Shown: one piece after another, positions 12,801-26,009 of the stretch | How the letters are laid out: each line of letters starts with the position of its first letter | Position numbering within the stretch: the first letter of the stretch is position 1 | DNA from: Octopus sinensis | Lineage: Eukaryota | Assembly (NCBI RefSeq): GCF_006345805.1 | Contig: NC_043019.1 | Location: 21,947,360 to 22,011,359 of the forward strand | DNA: 64,000 bases | Direction of reading: 5' to 3' | The notes under the pieces: generated by a model | The model's input: the letters and a program-made list of their open reading frames with translations, nothing else | What the model was told of the DNA's origin: nothing | Database searches by the model: none | Made by a program: the position numbers and the translations under genes

Positions 12801-14801
12801 GTGTGTGTGTGTGTGTGTGTATGTGTGTGTGTGCATGTGCATTCATGTGTATGTTATTTTGTATGTGTGTATGTTTATATTTATAACAGCTTTACCAAAA
12901 TAAGGAAATGTAAGGTGATACAAGAAAAAATAAAATATTTCATATAAGCCAAAATAACTTGCTTCCAATAAATTAATTATCAATGTTAATTGATTTTTCT
13001 GTAGAATAAAGCCACTGAAATATAGTGTATGTGTGTATATATATATATATATATCCCCGTACATACACATCACATATACACATGCACTGTTGCGATCTTG
13101 ACACATTTGCACGAGACGGAAAAATGATCTGTTCGATCTAAGTTATAAATAAATAAGTAAAATGAGAAATAATATCGCACAGTTCAGCTAATGTTCAAAA
13201 CTCAATTTTGATAAATGAGGTTCTATGCAATAAATTATAAGCAAATACATTTTACCTGTGGTAAAACTAATGAAGCTATGTTGAAGTAATCAATTCTTAT
13301 TTATTTCTTCCCTTCTTTTCTTTCTTTTTTTTTTCTGCTTTTCGTTTTAGCGGAGGGTGAGGTCAGAATTAGGAAATTATATGTAAAAGATAATTTATCC
13401 TGTCTCAGATATATTGTCATTAATTATACATACATGCATAAGACCACTAAAAGTAATACGATATTGGAGATATGTTTTGTCCAGGATTAAGTTACAGCTT
13501 TATCGTATATATATGAATCAAAATTGACACATTTTCCATTTGAAATTTATAATGGTAAAATGAAAGAAAAATATTGAATAATTGATTATTTGTATGATAC
13601 AGAATTAAATTGTCTAGCACAAATATATATATATATATAGATGTTATATATCTATATCTCTGTCATTATGTAGATGCATGAGTAAAATACACACCTGAGT
13701 ATGAGAACAGATGCAAATGTATAATGTATATAAGCTGCATTTTTTCTGTAGGAATATGCAGGCATGAACATGTGTATATAGAAAACCGTGCACATGTGTG
13801 GTGTGTGTGTGTGTGTGTGTATGTGTGTGTGTGCATGTGCATTCATGTGTATGTTATTTTGTATGTGTGTATGTTTATATTTATAACAGCTTTACCAAAA
13901 TAAGGAAATGTAAGGTGATACAAGAAAAAATAAAATATTTCATATAAGCCAAAATAACTTGCTTCCAATAAATTAATTATCAATGTTAATTGATTTTTCT
14001 GTAGAATAAAGCCACTGAAATATAGTGTATGTGTGTATATATATATATATATATCCCCGTACATACACATCACATATACACATGCACTGTTGCGATCTTG
14101 ACACATTTGCACGAGACGGAAAAATGATCTGTTCGATCTAAGTTATAAATAAATAAGTAAAATGAGAAATAATATCGCACAGTTCAGCTAATGTTCAAAA
14201 CTCAAATTTTGATAAATGAGGTTCTATGCAATAAATTATAAGCAAATACATTTTACCTGTGGTAAAACTAATGAAGCTATGTTGAAGTAATCAATTCTTA
14301 TTTATTTCTTCCCTTCTTTTCTTTCTTTTTTTTTTCTGCTTTTCGTTTTAGCGGAGGGTGAGGTCAGAATTAGGAAATTATATGTAAAAGATAATTTATC
14401 CTGTCTCAGATATATTGTCATTAATTATACATACATGCATAAGACCACTAAAAGTAATACGATATTGGAGATATGTTTTGTCCAGGATTAAGTTACAGCT
14501 TTATCGTATATATATGAATCAAAATTGACACATTTTCCATTTGAAATTTATAATGGTAAAATGAAAGAAAAATATTGAATAATTGATTATTTGTATGATA
14601 CAGAATTAAATTGTCTAGCACAAATATATATATATATATAGATGTTATATATCTATATCTCTGTCATTATGTAGATGCATGAGTAAAATACACACCTGAG
14701 TATGAGAACAGATGCAAATGTATAATGTATATAAGCTGCATTTTTTCTGTAGGAATATGCAGGCATGAACATGTGTATATAGAAAACCGTGCACATGTGT
14801 G
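12801..14801. repeat. Near-perfect tandem duplication, 1,000-bp unit
   Basis: 12801-13800 is repeated at 13801-14801; the only difference noticed is one extra A (ctcaa vs ctcaaa). Identical ORFs at 12843 and 13843. Confidence 0.95.
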
Positions 14802-16288
14802 TGTGTGTGTTTACGCATGCTTGCATATGTAAATGCATAAATAAATGTTCATATAATATATATATACACACATACACAGTTGTTCAAATACAAACATTTA
14901 GAGATATCTACATGTTTATATTTGTGTTTATATTTATATGTATGTAGATACATACAGAAATACACACCTGAGAATGTATACAGATGCAACTATATAAAAG
15001 CTGATTTTTTTTTTTTTTGCAAGAATATGCATGTATGAACATGTGTAATGTGAAATAGTGTGTATATGCCTGTATTTATATATGTACATACATAAATGGC
15101 TATATATATATATATATATAAGTTGTAATGTATAAATGAAACTTTTGTCTCTCATCACAGTAACAGGTTGGGGAATTACCAAAATCTTGACCCACTACAA
15201 CAAAACCACCAGTTGATTACTATGCCTATCAAACAATCTTCAAAAATCTTGATATCAAGAGAAAATCATGCATCTAGTTTCTTAAAAACAAAACAAAATA
15301 AAAACACGAAAAGGGACCCGCAGAAGAAACTCAAAAGAGTAAAGAAAAAAAGGAAGATTTTCATACCATATGATGATGACAATAATGATAATGATGATGA
15401 TGATTTGTTTAAAAAAGTAAATAAACTAACCCCTCCCCCAAGTAGTTCCAAATTTTATTCACTGCCACCCACCCAGAAGACAGAACTAAACTATTGTTCC
15501 AGCAACATCTGCACAATTAATTTACAGACTAGATGCTTAAAGAAGTATAAAAAAAAAAAAAAAAAAAGGAAAAGGAACAAAAAAAAAATGAATGAAAAGA
15601 AGAAAGGAAAGCAAGAATGAAACTGAAACATTATTTGAAAAGTGACAATATTAATGAGGAACACTATTGCCACCAGCATCAGCATCACCACCATCCTCAG
15701 TGTGCTCCACTGTCCCCTTCATCTTCCATTCCCTTCATTTCACCTGTATATTCCCTTCATTTCACCTGTATAATACTTATGGCATTCATCCTTCCAGTAG
15801 TTTAGTCCCTAGCAAAACCAAGAAGACGGATGAAGGGGAGAAGGGAGGAAGAGGCATGGGGATAGAGAGAGAGAGAGAGAGAGAGAGGAGGAAGGAGGGA
15901 AGAAAGGAGAGGAAGGGGAGAAGAAATTAAATAAATAAAATTACAAATAAGCAAATAGGCAGGCATGTCATTGCCCAAGTGCAAACAGGTAGTTTATACT
16001 AAGTGAATAACAACAATTGATTGCACGTATGTGTGTGTGTATACATGCATGTACTTGTTTGTATATCTATGTTGAGTGTATGCGCGTGCATGTATTTATG
16101 TATGTGTTTGTATACATGTATGTACATGTATATATGTATGTAGGTGTGTGTGCATGTACATGTTTTATTTTGTATGTAATATATAACATACATAGAAAAG
16201 GTAATGTTATACTACAGAATTATGTCTACACATACACACGTACATACATTACAAGCATGCATACGTACATCCAACCATATTATTATAT

Positions 16289-16326
<38 letters not shown>

Positions 16327-16536
16327 CTCACACACACATGCAAACAAACACACATTCGCTTAAATCATGAAGAATAATAACAAGAGATAGGGGTATGAAT
16401 TTTACTGAAGATAAATAGGGAGACTCGGAATGATAGCTAGATAGAGACAGAAAGTCTTTGACAATTTCTCATTTTAATTATTTAATTAATATATATCTAT
16501 ATATATATGTGTGTGTGTGTAGATACACACAAACAC

Positions 16537-16568
<32 letters not shown>

Positions 16569-16684
16569 TTATACACACACATACACACTCGTATACATAT
16601 ACATCCTAACACTTGATTTTATTTCTTCATTCATTTATTTCTATTATGTTGACAAGAGAAGAAAATAATCTGGCAGTACCTTAC

Positions 16685-16782
16685 CTCAAAACCGACAGTA
16701 TGAGATAGGTAGTAGCAACAGCATCTCCTGCAAGTGTCGGGATTTCTCCCAATCATTTGCACATCAGTGCTTTTTCGCTGAC
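16685..16782 (-). other. Candidate 98-bp exon (possible alternative 5' exon of the minus-strand gene)
   Basis: tttgctataaacAG acceptor and GAG|GTAAGG donor; one open frame, QRKSTDVQMIGRNPDTCRRCCCYYLSHTVGFE; unique sequence between microsatellites. No homology support. Confidence 0.35.
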
Positions 16783-16813
16783 CTGTTTATAGCAAATATA
16801 TATATATACATAC

Positions 16814-16851
<38 letters not shown>

Positions 16852-17200
16852 ATGTATGTATGTATGTATGTATGTATGTATGTATGTATGTATGTATGTA
16901 TGTATATGTGTATGTCTGTCTGTGTGTATGGATATGTGTATACTGTTATGTTTCCAAAAAACGTTGAATGAACTCAAACACTGCTATATTCCATCTTCGC
17001 AGAATTGCGCCCTTAAATTTTTCCGTCTCCTTCATTGACGACGACAACGACAACAATATGTCATTATGCGACTGTCTTTTCCACTTGCTTCTTCACCCGG
17101 CTGCGACTTTCTCGCTCTTGTTCTTCCTCTTTTCTGTATTAGACTATAGTTTCTTCCCCATCCCACCTCCCCGCCATCGCCAGCATCACCATCACATCTC

Positions 17201-17237
<37 letters not shown>

Positions 17238-17579
17238 TTCTCTCTCCTTCACTACGTGTATTTTTGCTATGAGCAGATGAGAGAAGTAAAGCAGGAGTAT
17301 TTGTGCAGTGCATGCAGTGTTTGTGTGGTGCCTGTGTTTGGATGATGCATCAATGTGCATATACGTATGTATGCATGTATGGAAGATAGATGGATGGATG
17401 GATAGACAGATAGATGGAGAGATGGAAAGAAAGGATGACTGTGTGTGAGAGAGGAATTATTTCATAGCATCCACCAGAATATAATGATCCACAGCAATAG
17501 AGAGAGAGAATGAGACAGAGATAGAGGGGGAAAAAAACAAACTTACAAACAAAACAAAACAGACGAGAATAAGAGTAAA

Positions 17580-17615
<36 letters not shown>

Positions 17616-18154
17616 GTTAATAAATTGCCAATAATCTAATTTAAGAACAACAATAACAACATCACATTAGACATAACAACTAAATTAACAAAGGTGATTA
17701 AGAAAATCTTCAATGTTCATTCTAACATCTATAGATGAGGAAAGTGCAAAATAAAAAAATAACAATGAGATAGTATATATATATATATATATACGCACAC
17801 TCTATCCTATACACATTGACATCACTGGAGGGGCCCCCTCCTCCTTCTGTGTATGTGCATGCATTTGAGAAAAACAGAAATGGATAGAGAGATGATGAGA
17901 GATGATGATGATGATGGTGGTGGTGGTGAAAAGAAGAGAGAAAAAGATGTGTAGGAATAAAAGACCAGCTCCAAAGCCCCAGCTAGAGAGAGATGTTTAA
18001 ATGTAGCAGCAGTAATGCTATCACCTGACAGAGCAGCGAAGAACACAACACAGAACAGAACGAAGAACAGTTGTTTCATTCGCCACACTTTAGTAGTATT
18101 GGCAGCAATGACAGCTGTAGCAGCAGTCATCGTCACGGTAGGGAGAGGAGTGGC

Positions 18155-18183
18155 GGGCGGGGTGGGGTGGGGGCAGGGCGGGG
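18155..18183 (+). promoter_or_regulatory. G-quadruplex-type G-run cluster with GC boxes
   Basis: GGGCGGGGTGGGGTGGGGGCAGGGCGGGG: six G-runs with 1-2 nt loops and two GGGCGG motifs, in a locally CpG-retaining region. Confidence 0.55.
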
Positions 18184-19044
18184 AGGTAGTGGTAGCAGCA
18201 GTCATAGATGCAGAGGTGGTGGCAGCGGCAGCGGCGGCGGTGGTGGTGGAAGAAGAAGAAAAAAAGGAAGAGGAGGAGGAGGAAGAAGAAAAGGAAAAGG
18301 AGGAGGAAGAAGAAGAAGAAGAAACGAAAAAGAAAAAAGAGAAAGACATGAGAAAAAGAAAAGGAGAAAGAAAGAAGAATCTCTTGCAGAGCAATGCTTA
18401 GAGATTAGAAGTTACATTCTCAGTCTTCGATTTACTTTATATCAAGAAACACCTGCATATGAAATAACACTTGTAATTGCAATAGTTGTTGTTGTGGCTG
18501 TTGTTGTTGTTGCTCAAATTCTTTTTTTTAAATCTTTTCATTTCATTTGTTTTTTATTTTAGCATTCAATATATATATATATTTTTTTTATCTTAGCCTG
18601 GATGGGATGGGATATTCATTTTTGTGTGTATATGTGTGTGTGACTTTTTTTTTTTTTTTTCAAATATTTAATTCGCAAGATTTCCAGGTTTGTATCCTGT
18701 TGGAGTAACTGTTTATTACACCTGGGTGGTTTTTCCAACTGAAAACAACCACTTAATTAGTTGAAGCAACACTGGAATACAGCTATGCCAACCAAATCTT
18801 TCCCCCCCCCCCCACTAATTTGCAGGAAACAAAGCTAAAACTTTCTTTTTTAATATTTAAAGTTTTATTTTTCATTTTAAAAGTAAACATTCATTCAGAT
18901 ATCAGTAAAGCTATCAAATTCACAAAAAAATTTGTGTGTGGTTAAAGAATTTGCTTTTCAGGTTCAGTCCTACTACATAGCACTTTGAACCCAAGCTTTC
19001 CAAGTGGATTTAATAGTCAGAAACTGAAAGAAACCTTGGGCCTG

Positions 19045-19128
19045 GTGCAGCCTTCTGGCTTCCCAGACCCCAGCTGAACCGTCCAACCCATGCCAGCATG
19101 GAATGCGGATGCTAAATGATGATGATGA

Positions 19129-19131
<3 letters not shown>
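19045..19131 (+). mobile_element. Short RTE-tail fragment whose (GAT)n runs into (AT)n(AG)n
   Basis: Family 3' end followed directly by a compound microsatellite. Confidence 0.75.
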
Positions 19132-19206
<75 letters not shown>

Positions 19207-19789
19207 TGGATGGATATAAAGACTGATGGATTTATATATACCTAAATGTGTACATACATATATATATATATCTATATATACACACACACAACTATATAGA
19301 TGTACATGGGTGTGTACTTTTGTGTCCTTGTCTTGATAGTGTGTGCTAATTGTAAACAGGTGTCACTGTCATACAATTTGGTGGTGTTTGTTAGCAATCT
19401 TCCATGAAAACATGTCCAGCCAATATGCTGTCCAAAAGAGCAGGAGGAATATTACCTTGCTGGGGAGCAAATGCGAGTTCGAAACAGAAAGAGTATACTG
19501 GCTATAGAAAATCTGTCTCACTGAATTTCAGCTTACCCATATAAGATTGGAAAACAAGACATCATGATGATAATGATAATGATGAAGAAGTTACACCAAA
19601 AGAAAATCAGTCAACATTAAGATATTCTAGAATTAATCCATCAAACTACTCTGAGTTTCATAATATTTGCCTATGTTATCTCAAAACACAGAACCTTGTG
19701 AAGGGGATGACAGAGGACTGATTGTTGTACCTGAGAAGACCCACCCACCACAACAGAACTGAGATCCTAAAACTAATGTGCCACACAAA

Positions 19790-20020
19790 GAGCATTGTTG
19801 TGAGTGCTGGTGCCACGTAAAAAGTACTGGTGCTGGTGCTGCATAAAAAAGCACCAGTGCTGGTGCCATGTAAAAAGCACTGAGTACACTCCGTGAAGTG
19901 GTTGGCATTAGGAAAGGCATCCAACCATAAAAACCTGGTGCAGCCCTTGACCTAGCCAGTTCCTGTACAGCCGTCCAACCCATGCCATCCTGGAAAACAG
20001 ACATTAAATGTAGATGATGA
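19790..20020 (+). mobile_element. RTE-tail retroposon with short degenerate head repeats
   Basis: Three GTGCTGGTGC...TAAAAA units, then the family core and tail. Confidence 0.75.
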
Positions 20021-20768
20021 TGATTATAATAGTCAGAATTGCAGAAGGGATTATCAGGTTTTTATATATAAATGTGCGTACACACACGCTTGTGGATATG
20101 TTTCATAACTATTTTCTTTCTGAGTTCAAATTCCATCAAGGTTGACTTTCACTTTCATCCTTTCAGGGTCAACAAAATAAGTACGAGTTGAATACTAGGG
20201 TGAATGTCATTGACTGGCCCCTCCCACCCATATTTCAGGCCTTGCACCTGTAATAAAAAAGATTATTTAAACATTCACTTATCCATGTTTGCATGGGTTG
20301 GTGTCGTGTGTGTGTGCGCATTTATCTTCACATTGACAGCGTTTGGTGATGAAGTTTGAAAATGTCCAAAAGCTATTGCACAAGTATAGAATAAAGTATC
20401 TTACATGAAAAACCAGTAAGTGAAAGGAAGGGGTAAAATATTGCCTCAACAAGTCTTGTTCAGCCCATGCCAGCAAAGTTGATATCATGATGATATGTAC
20501 ATCACTACCTGTGGCTATGTTTTTTATGCAATAAAATCCAGTGTTATGTTGTGTATCGTTATGTCCCATAACTTAGTAGCCTGACAAAATAGAAACTAGT
20601 AACCTAAGTACAAGACTAAAATTTGTACTGGGGTTCATACAATCGGGTAAAACCATGAAAGTTGTGTCTCAGCATGGCCACAACCAAATAACTGGAATCA
20701 TTAAAACAATTATATATACATACATAAGCATACACATTATATATATGTGTGTGTATATAGTACAAACA

Positions 20769-20803
<35 letters not shown>

Positions 20804-20804
20804 G

Positions 20805-21165
20805 GCACAGGTATAGCTGTGTGGTAAGAAGTTTGCTTCCTAACTACATAGTTCTAGGTTCAGTCCCACTACATGGCACCTTGGGCAAGTGTCTTCTATA
20901 GCTTTGAGCTGACCAAAGCCTTGTGAGTGGATTTGGTAGACAGAATGTGAAAGTATCCTGTCGTGTGTATGTGTGTGTTCTCAATCACCACTTGACAACT
21001 AGTGTTGATGTGTTTATAACTTAGCAGTTCAGCAAAATATACCAACAGAATAAATGCCAGGCTTTACAAAAAAAATAAAGTACTGAGGTGGATAAGTTTG
21101 ACTACAATTCTCCAAGGCAGTGCCCCAACATGGCCGCAGTCTAATAATTAAAACATGTAAAAAAA
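20805..21165 (+). mobile_element. CORE-type SINE copy
   Basis: Head, CORE and tail motifs. Confidence 0.78.
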
Positions 21166-21196
21166 AGATATACACACACGTATATATATATATATA

Positions 21197-21256
<60 letters not shown>

Positions 21257-22132
21257 TACATACATACATACACACATATGATCACACACATACAAAAAGA
21301 TATACACAGACACATTATATACATATACAATTTTTTTAATTTTCAATTAACAACTCCAAGTAAATTAATAGAATTATGTAGATATAAAACTCTATAAACG
21401 TAATATTTAAACAATATTTTCACAAAACGAGTTGCTGTACACACTAACTAGCAAGGTTAAATACAACAAAAAACTTTCACAAGTCCTAATTGATTTGATT
21501 AATATTGTTTCTATTGTATGAGAGTGCATCGATAATCTGTATATGAGAGTGGGGTGGAGAAGTAGTAAATGGATGGGAGAGGACGGAGGGAGGAGCAGTC
21601 AAACTGTGAGAGATGCAGAGAGAAATAGTATGAACAAGTGTAAGAGAGTGAGAAGCATAGAGTGAGGGACAAAGAGGGAATGACAGTGAAAGAGAGAGGC
21701 ATGGAGAAATCAAGAAAAAGTGAGGTAGAGTGGGAGAGAGTAATATGACAGAGAGAAAAGCTGGGAGAAATAGTATGAGCAAGTGTATGAGAGTGAGAGG
21801 CACAGGGTGAGTGGCAAAGAGAGAGGGAAACAGTAAGAGAGAGAGAGAGAGAATGATAGGGAAATAAAGAAAGGCAGAGAAAAACTAACTGCCTTTTTTT
21901 GTCTCAATCTGCAGAAAAGAGCAAGGTGCATTATGATCTTTAAAATCAAGTCACACACGCACACACACGGAGTTTACAGTTCCAATATAAGTAGGATCAA
22001 CAAAAATGTACCCCATCCAGTGAGAGATAAATATCATTTAATATACACAACTACAAAAGAGCAACTAATAATTTCATGTTTTTAAGACACATTAAATTGG
22101 CAAATTAATATAACACATGTATCTCAATTATG

Positions 22133-22172
<40 letters not shown>

Positions 22173-22310
22173 TACATACATTCATACATACATACATACA
22201 TACACACAAATAGATATGCACAGACACTGAATATTATTAGTTTGATGCTAGAACAGAAGTTTATAAAGAAAAACAGAAAAAAAATCAGGAATATATGAAT
22301 ATGTATGTGT

Positions 22311-22339
<29 letters not shown>

Positions 22340-22341
<2 letters not shown>

Positions 22342-23565
22342 TGCAGGAAGTAAATAGACACCTTTAATTCTCAAAATTTCTGATCTAAGCATCTTAATAT
22401 GTTTCCAGCGGCATTATATTATATTAAACATTAGTGAAGAGTAACCATGCGACACACAAAAAATTCAGCGGAACTGTCAGATTTTCAAAGAGGTCGTAGT
22501 GTTGGGCAATCTGAAACTGGTCTTAGCCAGCGAAAAATTGATGAAAATCTTCAAATTCCTCTTGCTACTGTTAACAGAATTATAATGCAATTCAAAAGCC
22601 AAGGAAAAGAATCAACAAATTCTTGTCCTGGCTAACCTGAGCCCTCGGAAAGGAAGCTCCACTGTTTGAAAAGAATTGTGGAAAACGAACCCCATTCGAA
22701 GGCTTCTGACATTGCAAAACAGCTAGAGGTTAGTCCAAGAACATGTGTTACATATCTGTATAACCATGGGTATTATGGACAAGCAGCTAGAAGAAAACCT
22801 CTCCTTCAACCAATTAATATCATGAAAAGAACGAAATGGGCTAAGGAGATGTCAGAAAAATCCAGTTCATTTTGGGATAGAGTGATTTTCTCAGATGAAT
22901 CCAGATTTGCATTATTTTCAGACAGTGGACATGTTTGGGTCTGGAGGCTTCCCAATCAAGAATTTGATTTGAAACAACTCTAACCAACTGTGAAACATGG
23001 CATTATCTCTGTAATGGTATGGGGAGCTATCGCCAGCAATGGTCGTTCTGAGCTGATCGAATGTGTTGGAACCATAAACTCTGAAAAATACATCGAAATA
23101 CTACAGCAAGGACTACTTCTGAGGTATTCACACGAAAACAATGGAAAATGAGTTTTTATTCATGGAAGATGGGGCTCCATGCCACACAGTGAAAAGGAAT
23201 AAATAATAGCTGACTGAAAATGGGATCAAAAAGCTTCCTTGGCCGAGCCAATCTCCTGACATGAACCCAACTGAAAATCTTTGGAGCATACTTGATAGAG
23301 ATGTACGAAAAACTTGACAGAAACCTAAATCTAAAGATGAATTGTTTTGATTGTTGTGTGAAAATGGGCAGAAATTCCACAAGAGACAATCACAAAGCTC
23401 ATCAGTTCAATGCCAAAAACAGTTTCTGAATTTAAAACTGCAAAGGGAATGTCAACTAAATACTAAAGTATGTAGTCCTACCTATCACTTACATTTCAAT
23501 TGTTCGCTTTGCATATTAAATAAAAAGATTTTGAAAATTAAAAGTGTCTATTTAATTCCTGCATG
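22340..23565 (+). mobile_element. Full-length, inactivated Tc1-family (DD34E) DNA transposon
   Basis: About 40-bp TIRs starting CATGCAGGAA(G/T)TAAATAGACAC, with TA at the left end (right flank reads TC). Transposase from ATG 22447 has HTH-like region, [13 protein letters not shown] (D1), MEDGAPCH (D2), SPDMNPTE (E), with 34 residues between D2 and E. Stops at 22633, 22981 and near 23204-23209, plus a frameshift near 23120-23150. Confidence 0.93.
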
Positions 23566-23567
23566 TC

Positions 23568-23599
<32 letters not shown>

Positions 23600-24829
23600 A
23601 CCACATTCATTCATTTTTTAAAATTCTGTATTCATTTGCATGGGTTGGAAAAATATGTTCTTTGAGGTATTGTTTGAGAGTTAGATGTACTTCCTACCTG
23701 ACTTTTGAAGAAAGGAATTTCTTATTCCATATGGCTTTAAAGGCATGAAGTGCCAGGACAATTTGTTGAAAAGAGAAACAACTAAGAACACAGCTCATCA
23801 CACTTTCTCATACAAGTGACTGATGATGTAAACAAACACACACACGTACATACACATTCATATACAAAAATCATTTTAAAGGTTATGTCTACCAAGTTCA
23901 CTCACAAGGCATTGATTTAACTTGGGGCTATAGAAGACATCTCCAACCCACTCAGCTCCCCTTCTCCCCTCATCACCCTTATTGCATCCACTCCAACCAG
24001 GCCCTACACTAATCAATACATGCCCAGGAGAACCTGCAAAGGCCATGGGCACTGCCCTTTCCTCTGCATCAAATAATTAAAAATAAAAATAGTAAATAAA
24101 AACAAAGATATGAGGCTCTTCTGGGAAAGTTACTTACATACTCTGTCCAAGGAGCATTTGCCTAATATTAGCTTAATGCCCAGAAACCTGAAATGACAGC
24201 TTTTATAGGTCCCTGTCATTTGTAAAAAGCATTGCATTGTTTAGTTAAATAACAAAAATGCTAATGCTAATAAGTATAGCAGTAACTAAAAAGTAGAAAA
24301 ACTACTCTCTGGTGTAGGATACCAAATTGTCCAGATGTATTTTTTTGTCTAGTTATGGATTAACTCAGAGCTGCCACTTGATAACAGTATAATCATTTTG
24401 CATATTATCTCCAAACTAATCAGTAAACTAGATTGGACAAGTCCACAAGCAAGATGAATATCCTATTTCACAACATAAAATCCTGTATAATGAACATAAG
24501 AGAATCACAAGAAAAATAAATAAAATAAAATGATAATAATTAAAAGAAATTATCAGCCAGATTGGTGAGTCTTCTATTGATGATACTATCCAATATCAGC
24601 CTGTTCACATGTTCTCTGTTTGGTGTAGCTTTCTCTCTCTCTTTCTCTCTAGTTGCCCCCATCCTGGATGTTCTGCTAAGTTAAGGATAGGAGGGTTTGA
24701 GAGGGTATCTATGTATGTTTGCAACTACATAGGGATCTCCAACAAATGGTAAAAACATGTTCACATACTACCAAGTCATACTTGAATCCAAGTGACAGCC
24801 ATAGTATGTGCATGTGTGTCCATTATCTG

Positions 24830-25180
24830 TTTCAGTTGTTGAACCTCAGCCATACTGGGATATTGTCTTGCAGTATTTAGTTAAAAAAATTCAATCCCAG
24901 TATGTATTTTTTGAACCCTAGTATTTATTCTATTGGTCTCTTTTGCCAAACTGCTAAATTAGAAGGACATAAATAATCCAACACCAGTTGTCAAGCAATG
25001 ATGAAGGCCAAAGATAAACACACACAAAACTGGTTTCTTTCAGTTTCCATCTACCAAATCCACTTACAAGGTTTTGGCCAATCCAAGGCTATCAGTAGAT
25101 AACACTTGCCCAAGGTACCATACAGTTGTACTGAACCCAAAACTATATGGTTGTGAAGCACACAGCCATGCCCACCCCGC
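24830..25180 (-). mobile_element. CORE-type SINE copy (old)
   Basis: ACACTTGCCCAAGG and tail motifs. Confidence 0.7.
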
Positions 25181-25259
25181 TCCACACATATATATATATT
25201 TCAAAAATTTAACAAAAACACAATGGAAAAGTTTATAAAAGCATAGCAAACAGAAAATT

Positions 25260-25307
<48 letters not shown>

Positions 25308-26009
25308 CACACACACACATATATAGGTGCCATGTTTTAGATAATTTTTTGATAATGACATTTTTCTAAAATATGTAAAACAATTTATTTCCATATACAC
25401 ACACCAAAAGATATTCACAACAAAATAGCAGAGATAAGTGTTAACAATTACATAAAAACAAAACTAACAAAATAACAGAACATTCTAAAATGCTACACCT
25501 CGTTTATATGTGAAAATAATCCTGTAGAGGTCTTAGTCAACCTAGGTATCATATCCACTTCATGTGAAGCAGCTAAGTAGTAAAAATTATTAGAATAAAA
25601 ATTCATACAATCAACAACTATAAGAATTGATAGAAAAATGTTCAGTGAAACACATTCTGTGAAACACATTAAAATGAAAAAAAAAAAAAGTATTTTCTAA
25701 TCATAAACTATAAGTATTTCACAGATTGTCAAAGTTAATGAGATAACATTGAAAAATGAAAAAAAGTTTATGAATTTATAAAATCTAAAATATCTCTATA
25801 ATTTTCGCAATATAGTATTGTTTGACTTTTATTGTTCTGAGGTTAATAAATATGTTTTGGAATCAATGTAATCAACAAATACTTAGAAGGTGGTGCTTCA
25901 AAATGGCTACAGTCCAATGACTGAAACAAGTCAAAAAAAATAAGACTCAGTACAAATTCATTATAGATTCATAATGAGAAAAATTGACAAGCTATTATAG
26001 TCATGCTGG

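Noticed and set aside
15168-15930. Lys/Asp/His-rich ORFs
   Set aside because: They derive from poly-A and (GAT)/(CAC)/(GA) tracts; no homology or splice support.
17822-18562. ORFs of 128-190 aa with poly-E/S/A/G runs on both strands
   Set aside because: Triplet and purine repeats open several frames at once; no domain or convincing splice structure.
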